From assembly GCA_964468185.1 (NCBI GenBank), contig CAYXTR010000015.1, positions 61,837 to 125,836 on the forward strand: a DNA stretch of 64,000 nt, written 5' to 3'. Source of the stretch: an uncultured Planctomycetales bacterium. GTDB taxonomy: Bacteria > Planctomycetota > Phycisphaerae > UBA1845 > Fen-1342. The notes beneath the pieces are model-generated. The model was not told the origin of the DNA. It did no database searches and saw nothing but the letters and a program-made list of their open reading frames with translations. The position numbers were made by a program, and so were the translations under genes. Numbering within the stretch: position 1 is the stretch's first letter; every line of letters starts with the position of its first letter. Shown here piece by piece: positions 30,272-39,444 of this stretch.

Positions 30272-31786
30272 TCAGAAAGGCGTGTCATCGACGGTCGCGG
30301 ATGGTTCAAAGGCTGGTGCCGCATGGCCTGGCATGTGGTTGTCGAACCGCGTGAAGTTCTTGTTGAAGTGCAGTTTAATCTTGCCGGTCGGTCCGTTGCG
30401 CTGTTTGTCGATGATCAGCTCAGCGACATTCTCTTCCGGATCGACCATGCCGCCCCCGTCGCCATCCTCGGCGCCGCCCTTGTCCCGATAATACGCCTCA
30501 CGGTGCAAGAGCGCAATCACGTCCGCATCCTGCTCAATGGCACCAGACTCGCGCAAATCACTCATGCGCGGCCGATTGCCGCGTCGTGACTTGTCTTCGG
30601 TGCTGCGATTGAGCTGCGCCATCGCCACCACCGGGACGTTCAGGTCTTTCGCGAGCGCCTTGAGGCCGCGGGAAATGGCGGCAACTTCGATCTGGCGATT
30701 CTCACTGCGCGGGCCGCGCATGAGCTGAAGGTAGTCCAGGAAGATAGCGCGAATATCGTGCCGACGAGCGGCCATGCGCGCCCGGGCGCGTAATTCGAGG
30801 ATGGTCAGGTCCGAGGTGTCGTCCACCAGCAGCGGCGCCGTGCTGAGATCCTGCGCCACCTGCTGCAAGCGGCGGAGGTCATCATTGCTGTGCCGTCCGC
30901 GGCGCAGCAGGTGCGAATTGACACGTGCCCGGCTGCACAGGATGCGCTGGGCGAGTTGCTGCTGGCTCATTTCGAGCGAGAAGAACAGCACAGGTCTGCG
31001 CTCGATGATCGCGAGGTGTTCGGCGACGTTGAGGCCAAACGCCGTCTTGCCCATGGAGGGGCGTCCGGCGACGATGATGAGTTCGCCGCGCTGCAGACCG
31101 CAGGTAAGCTGGTCGAATTCGATGAAGCCGGACGGCTCGCCGGTGAGGGCGTCCTCGCCCCGGCGTTCGATGGTCTTGAACGCTTCCTGGACAAGGATGG
31201 AGAGTTCGCGGGCTTCGCCGGAGACGCGTCGTTCGGTGACGTCGAAGATGAGTTTTTCGGCTTCGTCGAGGACTTCGCGGGCCGGCTGTTCGCTGTCGAG
31301 GGCGTTTTCGGCGACGCGCTGGGTGGCGTAGACGAGTTGCCGGAGGAGGTATTTGTCGTAGACGATGGTGGCGTAGTGTGCGGCGCGCAGGGCGGACGGC
31401 ACGGCGCCGACGAAGCCGCCGAGGAAGTCGAACCCGCCGAGTTTCTCCCAGAGTCCCCGGCGGGAGAGTTCTTCCTTGATGATGACGCCGTCGAGGGGCT
31501 GGTCGTCGACGTAGAGTTTGACGAGGATGTCGTAGAGTTGCTGGTGACTCTCGCGTGCGAAGACGCTTGCGCCGGCATCGCGCAAGACGTTGATGACTTC
31601 GCTGATGGCCTCCTTTTCGAGGAGCATCGAGCCGAGCGTGGCGCGCTCGGCTTCGAGGTCCTGCGGCAGGAGTCGATCGAAAACGGACGGCGCGTTACTC
31701 GATGCGTTCGCCGTGTGGCTCAGCGTCGGTGTCGGTGTCGAACTCGTCTCCGGCTGTGTCTTCGTCTTCGTCGGCTTCGAGCTCAT
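30272..31786 (-). CDS. dnaB: Replicative DNA helicase DnaB
   Basis: N-terminal 'DLEAERATLGSMLLEKEAISEV', Walker A 'GRPSMGKTAFGLNVA', Walker B 'LLVDDTSDLT', 'LAKDLNVPVVAMAQLNR'. First ATG (31786) overlaps the rplI 3' end by about 90 nt; start uncertain. Confidence 0.9.
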   Translation of the reverse strand: MSSKPTKTKTQPETSSTPTPTLSHTANASSNAPSVFDRLLPQDLEAERATLGSMLLEKEAISEVINVLRDAGASVFARESHQQLYDILVKLYVDDQPLDGVIIKEELSRRGLWEKLGGFDFLGGFVGAVPSALRAAHYATIVYDKYLLRQLVYATQRVAENALDSEQPAREVLDEAEKLIFDVTERRVSGEARELSILVQEAFKTIERRGEDALTGEPSGFIEFDQLTCGLQRGELIIVAGRPSMGKTAFGLNVAEHLAIIERRPVLFFSLEMSQQQLAQRILCSRARVNSHLLRRGRHSNDDLRRLQQVAQDLSTAPLLVDDTSDLTILELRARARMAARRHDIRAIFLDYLQLMRGPRSENRQIEVAAISRGLKALAKDLNVPVVAMAQLNRSTEDKSRRGNRPRMSDLRESGAIEQDADVIALLHREAYYRDKGGAEDGDGGGMVDPEENVAELIIDKQRNGPTGKIKLHFNKNFTRFDNHMPGHAAPAFEPSATVDDTPF

Positions 31787-32240
31787 CCAGGGCGCCTCCT
31801 TCGCGTACGACCCAGACCTTGATTTCGGTCTGGATTTCATCCGTGAATTCGATCCGTACCATGCGATTATCGATGGTACGAATGGCGCCGTCCAGCACGA
31901 TATACTCGGGATCGATATTAAAGCCCTGCTGAGCGAGGTGATGTGCGATGTCGCGCGCCGTAACTGACCCGTACAGCGTACCTTCCGGGTTGGCAGCGGC
32001 CTCGATCGTGACCGAGACATCTTTCAACTGCTCGACCAGATCCTGGTATTGCTTGAGGCGCATCGCGCGTTCGGCGGCCGCGGCGCGCTTGCGCTCTTCG
32101 ATGGCGGCAATGTTTTCTTCGGTAGGTTCGGTGGCAAGTCGTTGGGGCAAGAGATAATTCCGCGCGTAGCCAGCCTTGACGTCGACGATGTCGCCAACGT
32201 GGCCGAGCTTACGCACGTCTTCAAGCAAGAGTAACCGCAT
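31695..32240 (-). CDS. rplI: 50S ribosomal protein L9 with acidic C-terminal extension
   Basis: 'MRLLLLEDVRKLGHVGDIVDVKAGYARNYLLP' canonical L9 N-terminus; start at ATG 32240. Confidence 0.85.
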   Translation of the reverse strand: MRLLLLEDVRKLGHVGDIVDVKAGYARNYLLPQRLATEPTEENIAAIEERKRAAAAERAMRLKQYQDLVEQLKDVSVTIEAAANPEGTLYGSVTARDIAHHLAQQGFNIDPEYIVLDGAIRTIDNRMVRIEFTDEIQTEIKVWVVREGGALDELEADEDEDTAGDEFDTDTDAEPHGERIE

Positions 32241-32349
32241 GGGGTGAGTCTCCGTGTTCCAATTCAGCCTGGGGCCGTGAATCCGCGCGTCATGGCACAC
32301 TGCTTTGACCAGCGTACACATGGGCCGGCGAACGCTTGGATAGCCCTGA

Positions 32350-32607
32350 TCAAGTGACGTACGGCATCAGCGCCATGAACCGGGCGCGCTTGAGCGCCAG
32401 GGCAACGCGGCGTTGTGAGACGGCGTCGAGCCCGGTGCGTTTGCGCGAGAACAGCTTGCCCTGCGCGCTGGTGAGGCGCTGGAGCATGGGGATGTCCTTG
32501 TAATCGATATCCTCCGGGTTGATCCGGGGGCCGTGGATCCGCGGTCCGTCGCCGCGGCTGCGTTTCTTCTTACGTCGTCGTGACATCGCTTTGGCACTCA
32601 TAAGCAA
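32350..32607 (-). CDS. rpsR: 30S ribosomal protein S18
   Basis: 'IDYKDIPMLQRLTSAQGKLFSRKRTGLDAVSQRRVALALKRARFMALMP' S18 signature. Confidence 0.8.
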   Translation of the reverse strand: MLMSAKAMSRRRKKKRSRGDGPRIHGPRINPEDIDYKDIPMLQRLTSAQGKLFSRKRTGLDAVSQRRVALALKRARFMALMPYVT

Positions 32608-32634
32608 CTCCTCGCAGATGCGAACAGGTGGTTT

Positions 32635-33093
32635 CTAGAAAGGAATGTCGTCGTCCGTTGGGGGGGGTGGTTGATCATCGCGCTGGTCCTGGCGGCCGGA
32701 GCCGCTGGCTGAGGCGTCGCCGCGCTGCTGGTAGCCGCCACCGCCTTCGCTCGGGCCGTCGCCGCGGCCGCCGAGGAATTGGAAGTTCTCAACCACGACA
32801 CTATGTTTCGAGCGTTTCTGGCCGTCCTGGCCAGTCCAGGTGTCGTAGCGGAGATGTCCCTCAACCAGCATGGGCTGCCCACGCCGCATGTACTGGTTGA
32901 TGATCTCGCCGGGCTTGCCAAAGGCGGAGATGTCGATGAAGCAGACATCCTCGCGGGTATTGCCTTCGCGATCGCGTCGGCGGCGGTTGACGGCCATCCC
33001 GAATTCGCAGACGGCGGTGTTACTGGGCAGGTAGCGCAGCTCGGGATCGCGTGTGAGGTTTCCGATCAGAATGACTCTGTTGTAGTTGGCCAT
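32635..33093 (-). CDS. ssb: Single-stranded DNA-binding protein SSB
   Basis: OB-fold 'NRVILIGNLTRDPELRYLPSNTAVCEFGMAVN', Gly/Gln-rich linker and C-terminal DDDIPF tip. Confidence 0.88.
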   Translation of the reverse strand: MANYNRVILIGNLTRDPELRYLPSNTAVCEFGMAVNRRRRDREGNTREDVCFIDISAFGKPGEIINQYMRRGQPMLVEGHLRYDTWTGQDGQKRSKHSVVVENFQFLGGRGDGPSEGGGGYQQRGDASASGSGRQDQRDDQPPPPTDDDIPF

Positions 33094-33149
33094 GGTCTGC
33101 ACCTTCCGTGAAACTGGAAACGGCCGGTTCTACGCGTTGCCGAGGCGCC

Positions 33150-33755
33150 TCAGGACGAGGTATCCGCTGCGGGGCCTGTCCCGGAGGGCGTTTCGGCGGG
33201 TGCCGGTGGTTTCGGTTCGGGTTCGCCGCCGGCATCGTCACCGCCAGTCATCTGATCTGCGCCGGCTTCCTGAGGCGGAGCGCCGCGGTCTTCGCCGCGG
33301 TCACGGCTTCGGTCGCGGTCGCGGCCACGATCGCGGTCGCGGTCACGATCACGATCACGATCGCGGCCACCGCCGCCGCGCCGGTCGCCCCGGTCACGGC
33401 CTTCACTGGCGACGGGTGCGATGGGGGTATCCGGCGGTACGGCCTTGAGTTCGGCGAGTTTCTCGTCGGTGAGTTTTTCGGCGCGAAGCATGAGTGCGCG
33501 GAGGACCAACTCACTGAGGCGGACGTCGCGTTCGAGATCGCGGATGCGTTCTGGATCGGCCTCAAAGTAGGTGAGGACGTAGGTACCGCGGCGTCGTTTG
33601 TCGATTTCGTAAGCCAGCTTGCGCTCGTCGTACTTGACGCTGACGAGGAGCTGGGCGTTGATGCGGTCCATGAGTCGCCGCACCTCTTCCTCGATGGCGC
33701 TCCACTCGCGGGTCACGCCGCTGTCAAAGAGGAACATGGCTTCGTAGCGTTTCAA
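33150..33755 (-). CDS. rpsF: 30S ribosomal protein S6 with long RD/RG-repeat C-terminal tail
   Basis: 'MKRYEAMFLFD...' S6 N-terminus (about 100 aa) followed by about 100 aa of RDRDRDRDRDRDRGRDRDRSRDRG low-complexity repeats. Confidence 0.8.
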   Translation of the reverse strand: MKRYEAMFLFDSGVTREWSAIEEEVRRLMDRINAQLLVSVKYDERKLAYEIDKRRRGTYVLTYFEADPERIRDLERDVRLSELVLRALMLRAEKLTDEKLAELKAVPPDTPIAPVASEGRDRGDRRGGGGRDRDRDRDRDRDRGRDRDRSRDRGEDRGAPPQEAGADQMTGGDDAGGEPEPKPPAPAETPSGTGPAADTSS

Positions 33756-34381
33756 TTTGACTCTCCTTCCGAGCGGGCATCGTTGTCTGGCTTCGGTGGT
33801 GGGGATGCCTGCTCCTGTTTTCGATTAAAGCGATTCATGGCGGTTTCGATGCCGTGTCGGGCCCAGCAGGTTGCCGCATCCGCCGCCGTCGAAATGGCGG
33901 CGCTGATGACCGGGCGCTCGTCGGGGTCGAAGCGACTGAGCACATACTCGGTGGTGGCGCTGGGGTGCACCTTGCCGATGCCGATGCGAATCCGGGCGAT
34001 TTCGTCGGTGCTCGTGTGGCGCAGCACATCGAGCATGCCCTTGTGGCCGCCGGCGGAGCCCACAGCCCGCAGCCGCACGCGCCCGACCGGCAGGTCGAGA
34101 TCGTCGTAGATGACCAGCAGGTCGACCGGGTCGAGCTTGTAGAAGCGCAGGACGGCGGCGACGCTGCGGCCACTGAGGTTCATGAACGTCTGCGGCTTGA
34201 GCAGCAACACCCGCTGGCCGGCAAGCTGGGCTTCGCCGAAGAGTGCTTCGTAGTGCCGATCGAAGCGGGTGATCTCGGTGTTGGCGCGACGAGCGATTTC
34301 GTCGACGACGTCGAAGCCGACGTTGTGACGTGACCCCGCGTAGCGCGGACCGGGATTGCCCAGACCGGCAATCAGCTTCAC
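33752..34381 (-). CDS. pth: Peptidyl-tRNA hydrolase
   Basis: 'MKLIAGLGNPGPRYAGSRHNVGF', 'NLSGRSV', 'LLVIYDDLDLPVGRVRLR...GSAGGHKG' Pth signature. Confidence 0.9.
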   Translation of the reverse strand: MKLIAGLGNPGPRYAGSRHNVGFDVVDEIARRANTEITRFDRHYEALFGEAQLAGQRVLLLKPQTFMNLSGRSVAAVLRFYKLDPVDLLVIYDDLDLPVGRVRLRAVGSAGGHKGMLDVLRHTSTDEIARIRIGIGKVHPSATTEYVLSRFDPDERPVISAAISTAADAATCWARHGIETAMNRFNRKQEQASPPPKPDNDARSEGESN

Positions 34382-34383
34382 GG

Positions 34384-35043
34384 CTAGTCTCCGCCTTCGC
34401 CTTCACCTTCATCTTCCTCAGGGCCCTTACCGATGACTTCGGGCTCGGCGCCTTCCTCCGCAGCCGTTTCGAGCTCCGCGCCTTCCTCGGGCACTTCGCG
34501 TGGGGGCTGGATGGTGGCGACTGGATCTTCCGGATCGTTGAGCACCGTGACGCCCTCCGGCAGGTCGAGATCCCGCACGTGCAATGTGTCGTTCAGCTTG
34601 AGTTCGTTGATCTTCTTGATGATCGACTGCGGGATGCGCAGGAGGCGGCACTCGATGTCGAGCTCGTTGAGCATTTGATTCAGCACGCCACCTTCGGTGA
34701 CGCCGACGGGGGTGCCCTTGAGCTGGACGGGGACCTGCACCTGGACGCGCTCGTTGGGATCGACCCGCATGAGGTCGATGTGGAGCGGTTCGATCTGGAG
34801 GTGATCGTACTGCACGTCCTTGACGAGGTACTGCTGTGCCTCCTGACCTTCGATGAGCACTTCGATGACGTGCTGGCCGTGTGAGAGGGCTAGTAGGGTG
34901 TCATGTCGCGAGAGCGCGATGTGCTCCGGCGGTTTCTTGTGGCCGTAGATGACGGCCGGGACCATGCCGCGTTTGCGCAAGCGGTCGTTTTCATGACGAC
35001 CGGCAAGCTGGCGGACTTCGCCCTGAATCTTTGTGTGTTCCAT
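34384..35043 (-). CDS. rplY: 50S ribosomal protein L25 / general stress protein Ctc, with acidic C-terminal tail
   Basis: 'RLRKRGMVPAVIYGHKKPPEHIAL' L25 N-terminal motif; the two-domain Ctc form. Confidence 0.85.
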   Translation of the reverse strand: MEHTKIQGEVRQLAGRHENDRLRKRGMVPAVIYGHKKPPEHIALSRHDTLLALSHGQHVIEVLIEGQEAQQYLVKDVQYDHLQIEPLHIDLMRVDPNERVQVQVPVQLKGTPVGVTEGGVLNQMLNELDIECRLLRIPQSIIKKINELKLNDTLHVRDLDLPEGVTVLNDPEDPVATIQPPREVPEEGAELETAAEEGAEPEVIGKGPEEDEGEGEGGD

Positions 35044-35100
35044 TCCTCAAACTCCCGTGCCAGGTTGGCCGCGGCGGGCCGCGGCTGAGCCGGCGACGCT

Positions 35101-36045
35101 CTACTTCATGAACAAGCTGCTAACGGATTCATTCCTGTGGATACGTCTGATCGCCTCGCCAAGCAACTCGCTGACGGAGAGGACGGTCAGGTTGGGTAGC
35201 CTTTCTCGTACGGATTCGGAAACGGGTATGGTGTCGGTGACGGCCAGGTGATCGATCGGGGCGGAGGCGAGGCGTTCGACGGCGGGCCCGCAGAGTACGC
35301 CGTGCGTGGCGGCCACGATGATCTTGCTGGCGCCGTGCTTGCGGACCAGTTCGCTGGCGCGGACCACGGTGCCGGCAGTAGCGATGATGTCGTCGACCAT
35401 AAGGACAGTCTTGCCTTGCACGTCGCCGATGATGTTCTGGGTCTGGATTTCGGAGCCGCTGACGCGACGTTTGTCGATGATGGCGAGTTCGCCGCCGAGG
35501 CGTTCGGCGTAGACGCGGGCGCGTTTGACGTTGCCGACGTCGGGACTGACGAGGGCGACGGGTCCGACCTCCATGCGGCCGATGAAGGCGGAGAAGACGG
35601 GTTCGCCCGAGAGGTTGTCGACGGGGATATCGAAGAAGCCCTGGATCTGGGCGGCGTGCAGGTCGAGCGTGACGACGCGGTCGGCGCCGGCGGTCGTGAG
35701 GAGATTGGCGACGAGCTTGGCGGTGATGGGCACGCGGCCCTCTTCCTTACGGTCCTGGCGGGCGTAGCCGAAGTAGGGGACGACGGCGGTGATCTGGGCG
35801 GCGGAGGCGCGTTTGAGGCAGTCGATGAAGATGAGGAGCTCGACGAGGTGATCATTGGCCGGAGGGCAGGTGGACTGGACGACGTAGGCGTCGCAGCCAC
35901 GGACGTCCTCGAAGAGCTTCAGGGCGATCTCGCCGTCGGGGAAGTTTTCGAGCTGGACCCGACCAAGGGGGAAGCCCAGGTAGTGCGCGATCTGCTCGGC
36001 GAGACCGCGATTGCTGCGTCCGGAGAAGATGCGGATCCCGGTCAT
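35101..36045 (-). CDS. prs: Ribose-phosphate pyrophosphokinase (PRPP synthetase)
   Basis: 'MTGIRIFSGRSNRGLAEQIA', 'VVPYFGYARQDRK', PRPP-binding 'VLMVDDIIATAGT'. ATG 36045 with GGAGG RBS; the ORF-track start at 36231 is a His/Arg-rich extension. Confidence 0.9.
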   Translation of the reverse strand: MTGIRIFSGRSNRGLAEQIAHYLGFPLGRVQLENFPDGEIALKLFEDVRGCDAYVVQSTCPPANDHLVELLIFIDCLKRASAAQITAVVPYFGYARQDRKEEGRVPITAKLVANLLTTAGADRVVTLDLHAAQIQGFFDIPVDNLSGEPVFSAFIGRMEVGPVALVSPDVGNVKRARVYAERLGGELAIIDKRRVSGSEIQTQNIIGDVQGKTVLMVDDIIATAGTVVRASELVRKHGASKIIVAATHGVLCGPAVERLASAPIDHLAVTDTIPVSESVRERLPNLTVLSVSELLGEAIRRIHRNESVSSLFMK

Positions 36046-37043
36046 GCGGTGCCTCCCGGGTTGGCGGCGGCGGGGCGTGAGATCGTTGTGCCGTCGGCGA
36101 ACGTGTCGGGCGTGGTGAGGTGTGTATGCGCGGTCACGCGACAATTGCGGCCGATGTTGACGGCAGCGGTGATGGTGACAAGTGGCTCGATGGTGGTGTC
36201 CGGGGCGATGCGGGCGCGGGCGTCGATCCACGTGGTGGCGGGGTCGACGATCGTGACGCCGCGGTCCATGAGCTGGTCGAGGATGCGGTTGTGCATGACC
36301 TGGTTGACGCGGGCGAGGTCTTTGCGCGAGTTGATGCTGTAGATGTCCGCGGGGCGGACGGAGGTGATGGCACCGACGCGGTGGCCGTCGGCCAGCAGCA
36401 GGGCGAACGTGTCGGTGAGGTAGTACTCGCCTTTGGCGTTGTCGTTCGTGATGCGGTCGAGGGCGCTGTGCAGCTCCGGGACTTTGAAGCAGTAGTAGCT
36501 GGGGTTGACCTCGCGAATTTCGCGCTGGGCGGGTGTGCAGTCGGCGTGTTCGACGATGCCGCGGAAGTTGCCATCCGGGTCGCGCCAGATGCGGCCGTAG
36601 CCGGTGGGGTCGTCGAGGACGGCGGTGGCGAGGGTGGCGGCGTTATTGTCGCGGAGGTGTTGATTGATGAGTTGGCGGATCGTCTCGGTGCGGATGAGGG
36701 GGCCGTCGCCGCAAAGGACGAGGGCATGGTCATAGGCGGTGAGGGCGTCGCGGGCGACCATGACGGCATGGCCGGTGCCGAGTTGCGGGTTTTGTTCGAT
36801 CCAGGTCAGGTCGCCGTCGTCGTGGGTGAAGGCACTGGTGACGAGGTCTTTGCCGTGGCCGACGATGGTGAGGCAGTTGCGCACGCCGGCGGCACGGCAG
36901 GCGTCGAAGACGTAGGCAAGCATGGGGCGGCCGCAGACCTCGTGGAGGACTTTGGGCAGTTCGCTCTTGAGGCGCGTGCCCTTGCCGGCAGCGAGGATGA
37001 CGGCGGCGAAGTTGAGGTCGCTATTTTGCGGCGTTGCGGCCAT
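36042..37043 (-). CDS. glmU: GlmU-like UDP-N-acetylglucosamine pyrophosphorylase, with the left-handed beta-helix acetyltransferase domain largely missing
   Basis: 'AAVILAAGKGTRLKS..PKVLHEVCGRPML' nucleotidyltransferase signature; only about 80 aa of hexapeptide-repeat region before the stop, which overlaps the prs ATG (ATGA). Confidence 0.7.
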   Translation of the reverse strand: MAATPQNSDLNFAAVILAAGKGTRLKSELPKVLHEVCGRPMLAYVFDACRAAGVRNCLTIVGHGKDLVTSAFTHDDGDLTWIEQNPQLGTGHAVMVARDALTAYDHALVLCGDGPLIRTETIRQLINQHLRDNNAATLATAVLDDPTGYGRIWRDPDGNFRGIVEHADCTPAQREIREVNPSYYCFKVPELHSALDRITNDNAKGEYYLTDTFALLLADGHRVGAITSVRPADIYSINSRKDLARVNQVMHNRILDQLMDRGVTIVDPATTWIDARARIAPDTTIEPLVTITAAVNIGRNCRVTAHTHLTTPDTFADGTTISRPAAANPGGTA

Positions 37044-37110
37044 TTTGGCTCCGTCGGGTCGACCAGCGTGTTGGTCTGGCGGGCTGGGGGAGCGGTGCTG
37101 ATCGCACAAG

Positions 37111-37182
37111 CTACCCGGCCTGGACTCGAACCAGGAATGCCAGGACCAAAACCTGGTGTGTTACCGATTACACCACCGGGTA
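37111..37182 (-). tRNA. tRNA-Gln (anticodon UUG)
   Basis: Reverse complement folds as a cloverleaf: acceptor UACCCGG/CCGGGUA, D-arm GUGU-AAUCGGUA-ACAC, anticodon stem CCAGG/CCUGG with loop UUUUGGU (anticodon UUG), T-arm CCUGG-UUCGAGU-CCAGG; CCA not encoded. Confidence 0.8.
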
Positions 37183-37799
37183 ACGGGACGATCGGTACGC
37201 GTAGTTCCCGATAGCCCGATTGTCGCGTCGGCAAACGAGTGCACGGTTGTGGACCCGCGCGGAGGCCTGTACCGCCAGCCGTGTGTCTGGCGGCCCACTG
37301 CGGCCGATGAGCCGCGTGCCCCGTGCGAGCGGGCATATTCAACCCGGCCGCGACGATACCGGAATCTGGGAGTGTAGTCTGTGGTTGCGGGAGGTGTCAA
37401 TGGTGGAGTGGGAGAAGATGTGGGGGCGGAGGCGGATATTGGTGGGATGGCTGGACATGGTTGGCTGGCGGGGGGTTAGAGGGTATGATGAATTGGGATC
37501 TATTTGGGCCTATTATTTCTCGAGGTGTGTCGTGGCCGAGACGGATGAGGCGCTATTGGCGTGCGCGGCGGAGGGGGATGGGGCGGCTTTGCGAACGCTG
37601 TTGGAGCGGCATGGGCCCGCCGTGTGGGCGGAGGCGCGCGGGTCCACGGGAGCAGGTCCAGAATGTCGGGGCGCCGTCGATTCAGTCCGGGGAGCCACGA
37701 AAGAAACGGTTTGCGTCAACAAAACGGCGGCGTTGGCCGATTTGCGAACCGTCGCCATCGCACATGGCGCAGAGTGTCACCGAGCGCGACGTTGGTCAA

Positions 37800-39070
37800 G
37801 TGCGGGTGAACAAAGATAAATGGCACTACGCCGCGGCGCGATAATAATGCCGGAGCAAGCCGCCGAGGAAGCGTTGGCAGCGGATGCAGTTCGGTGGTGG
37901 TGCGGCCTGCGAGAGGCAGGCTGCGGGTGGACCATGTGCCGCTGTCGGGATCGTCTGGTTACCGAGCCCTTGGTGCGGGCGATGTTCGTTGTGGAAACGA
38001 ACGTACTCCTGCCCAATGTGGTCGAGATGGCCCAGGCTGAAGCAGAGGAAGTGGCTGAGCGCTTCCCGCTTGAACGCGCCGACCCACGCTTCACAGAACG
38101 CGTTCGCATCAGGTGCCAGCTTTGGCGTTCGCACGCAGCGGATGTCGACGCTCTTGAACAAGCGGCGGAACTTGGTCGAGAACTTGGTGTCGCGGTCGTG
38201 GATCAGGAAGCGAGCCCCGAGCCCCTGGTCATCGAGCCACATCAACGCGTTACGCGCTTACTGCCGAACCCAGCGATCATCGGGCTGATAGGTCGGCGGA
38301 CTGAGCAACACCCTCCGTGTACCGACATGGATGAATGCGAGACTGTATGCGACTCGCATGCCGAAGGGGGTAATGATGTTGGTCGTGAAGAAGTCACAGG
38401 CGACGAGCGTGTTCACGTGCAGCCAGATGAACTTCTGCCACACCGTCTCCGGTCCCCTGCTCCGTCGTGTCGGCGACGGCGTCAGGCCTTCGTCCTTCAG
38501 GATCCGCCGCACCGAAGACCGCCCCAGGCGCAGGCGAAGCTTGCGCAGTTCCCCGACAATACGCCGGTAGCCCCAGTTCCCGTTGTCCTTCGCCAAACGA
38601 ATGACGAGTTCACGCATGTTACGGACGATCCTCGGGCGGCCAACTCGCTTCGGTTTGCGCCCTTCCCTCAACTCCATTACCCAGCGAGAATAGGTCTTCG
38701 GCGTGACGATGCCGATGATGTCGGCGACGTTATGATCCAGTTCCCGGCCGATGGCCAACAACCGGGCACGATCGCCCGGGCTGGGGATGACGCGGTTGCC
38801 GCCGAGCTTGCGGCGGAGGATCTCGACCTCGGTCTTGAGGAACCGGATGCGGGCGTCGCGCCGGGCGGCGAAATGAACAGTGCCCGACATTTTGGACCCC
38901 CGCCCAAACGCAGGCAACCGGCGGCCGAGTCCGGCTTCCAGCCCGTGACCACCGGCGAATCGCGGCGAACCCGCCCTCTCACCAGCGCAACCGGGGCCAT
39001 TGACCTGCTACCAACAATTTGTAACTAAAACCGCGCTCAACATGCTCGGCATGCACGACATGCCGATGTG
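37800..39070 (-). mobile_element. Insertion sequence (approximate boundaries) carrying the split transposase
   Basis: About 1.27 kb, the size of IS481/IS3-family elements; a hairpin (TCGGCATG-cacga-CATGCCGA, 39046..39066) lies just upstream of the transposase start. Terminal inverted repeats could not be defined by eye. Confidence 0.4.
37826..38917 (-). pseudogene. IS481/IS3-like DDE transposase (HTH + rve integrase core) split by a frameshift near 38245-38258
   Basis: ORF 38258..38917 encodes the HTH/N-terminal part (WGYRRIVGELRKLRLRLGRSSVRRILK...); ORF 37826..38245 in another frame encodes the rve core C-terminus (HDRDTKFS...HNEHRPHQGLGN). The 14-nt overlap between them indicates a frameshift (pseudogene or programmed). 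Confidence 0.7.
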
Positions 39071-39444
39071 TTCCGGTGTCCCTAAGTTCTTGCTGATTCC
39101 GTAACTTGCGAGTGGGCAAAAACTTCCGCGCCGTGAGCCGGATTGCTCATAACCCGGAGCCGCTGGCCGACGTGTGAAAACCCGGATAGAAGGTTGAACC
39201 CAGCCGGCAACGCACCCTTGACAGGCCCGGCTTCATAGAAGGTTGAGGCGATGTGATGGTTGCGTGGACGAGCTCGACAACCAAGAAGCGGGGCGTATGT
39301 CTCGATCAAGAAAGCTGTCGCCGATCAGGGCACTGTCCAGGTTAGCGATACCAGACGCGAAGCGGCCGCGAACTGCGCGTTGAATGAAACGCGCGTCGCG
39401 GCCGCTCAATTGGGCCCGGTTCATGCCCGCAGGGTTTCGCCGCG

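Noticed and set aside
36134-36769. 211-aa - strand ORF (Thr/Ser/Ala/Pro-rich) in a second frame of glmU, considered as a possible frameshifted GlmU C-terminal continuation
   Set aside because: Its composition is low-complexity, it does not encode hexapeptide-repeat motifs, and the glmU frame ends cleanly at the prs start.
35248-37214. Two 364-aa + strand ORFs
   Set aside because: Antisense to prs and glmU; Gly/Asp/Ala/Val low-complexity shadows.
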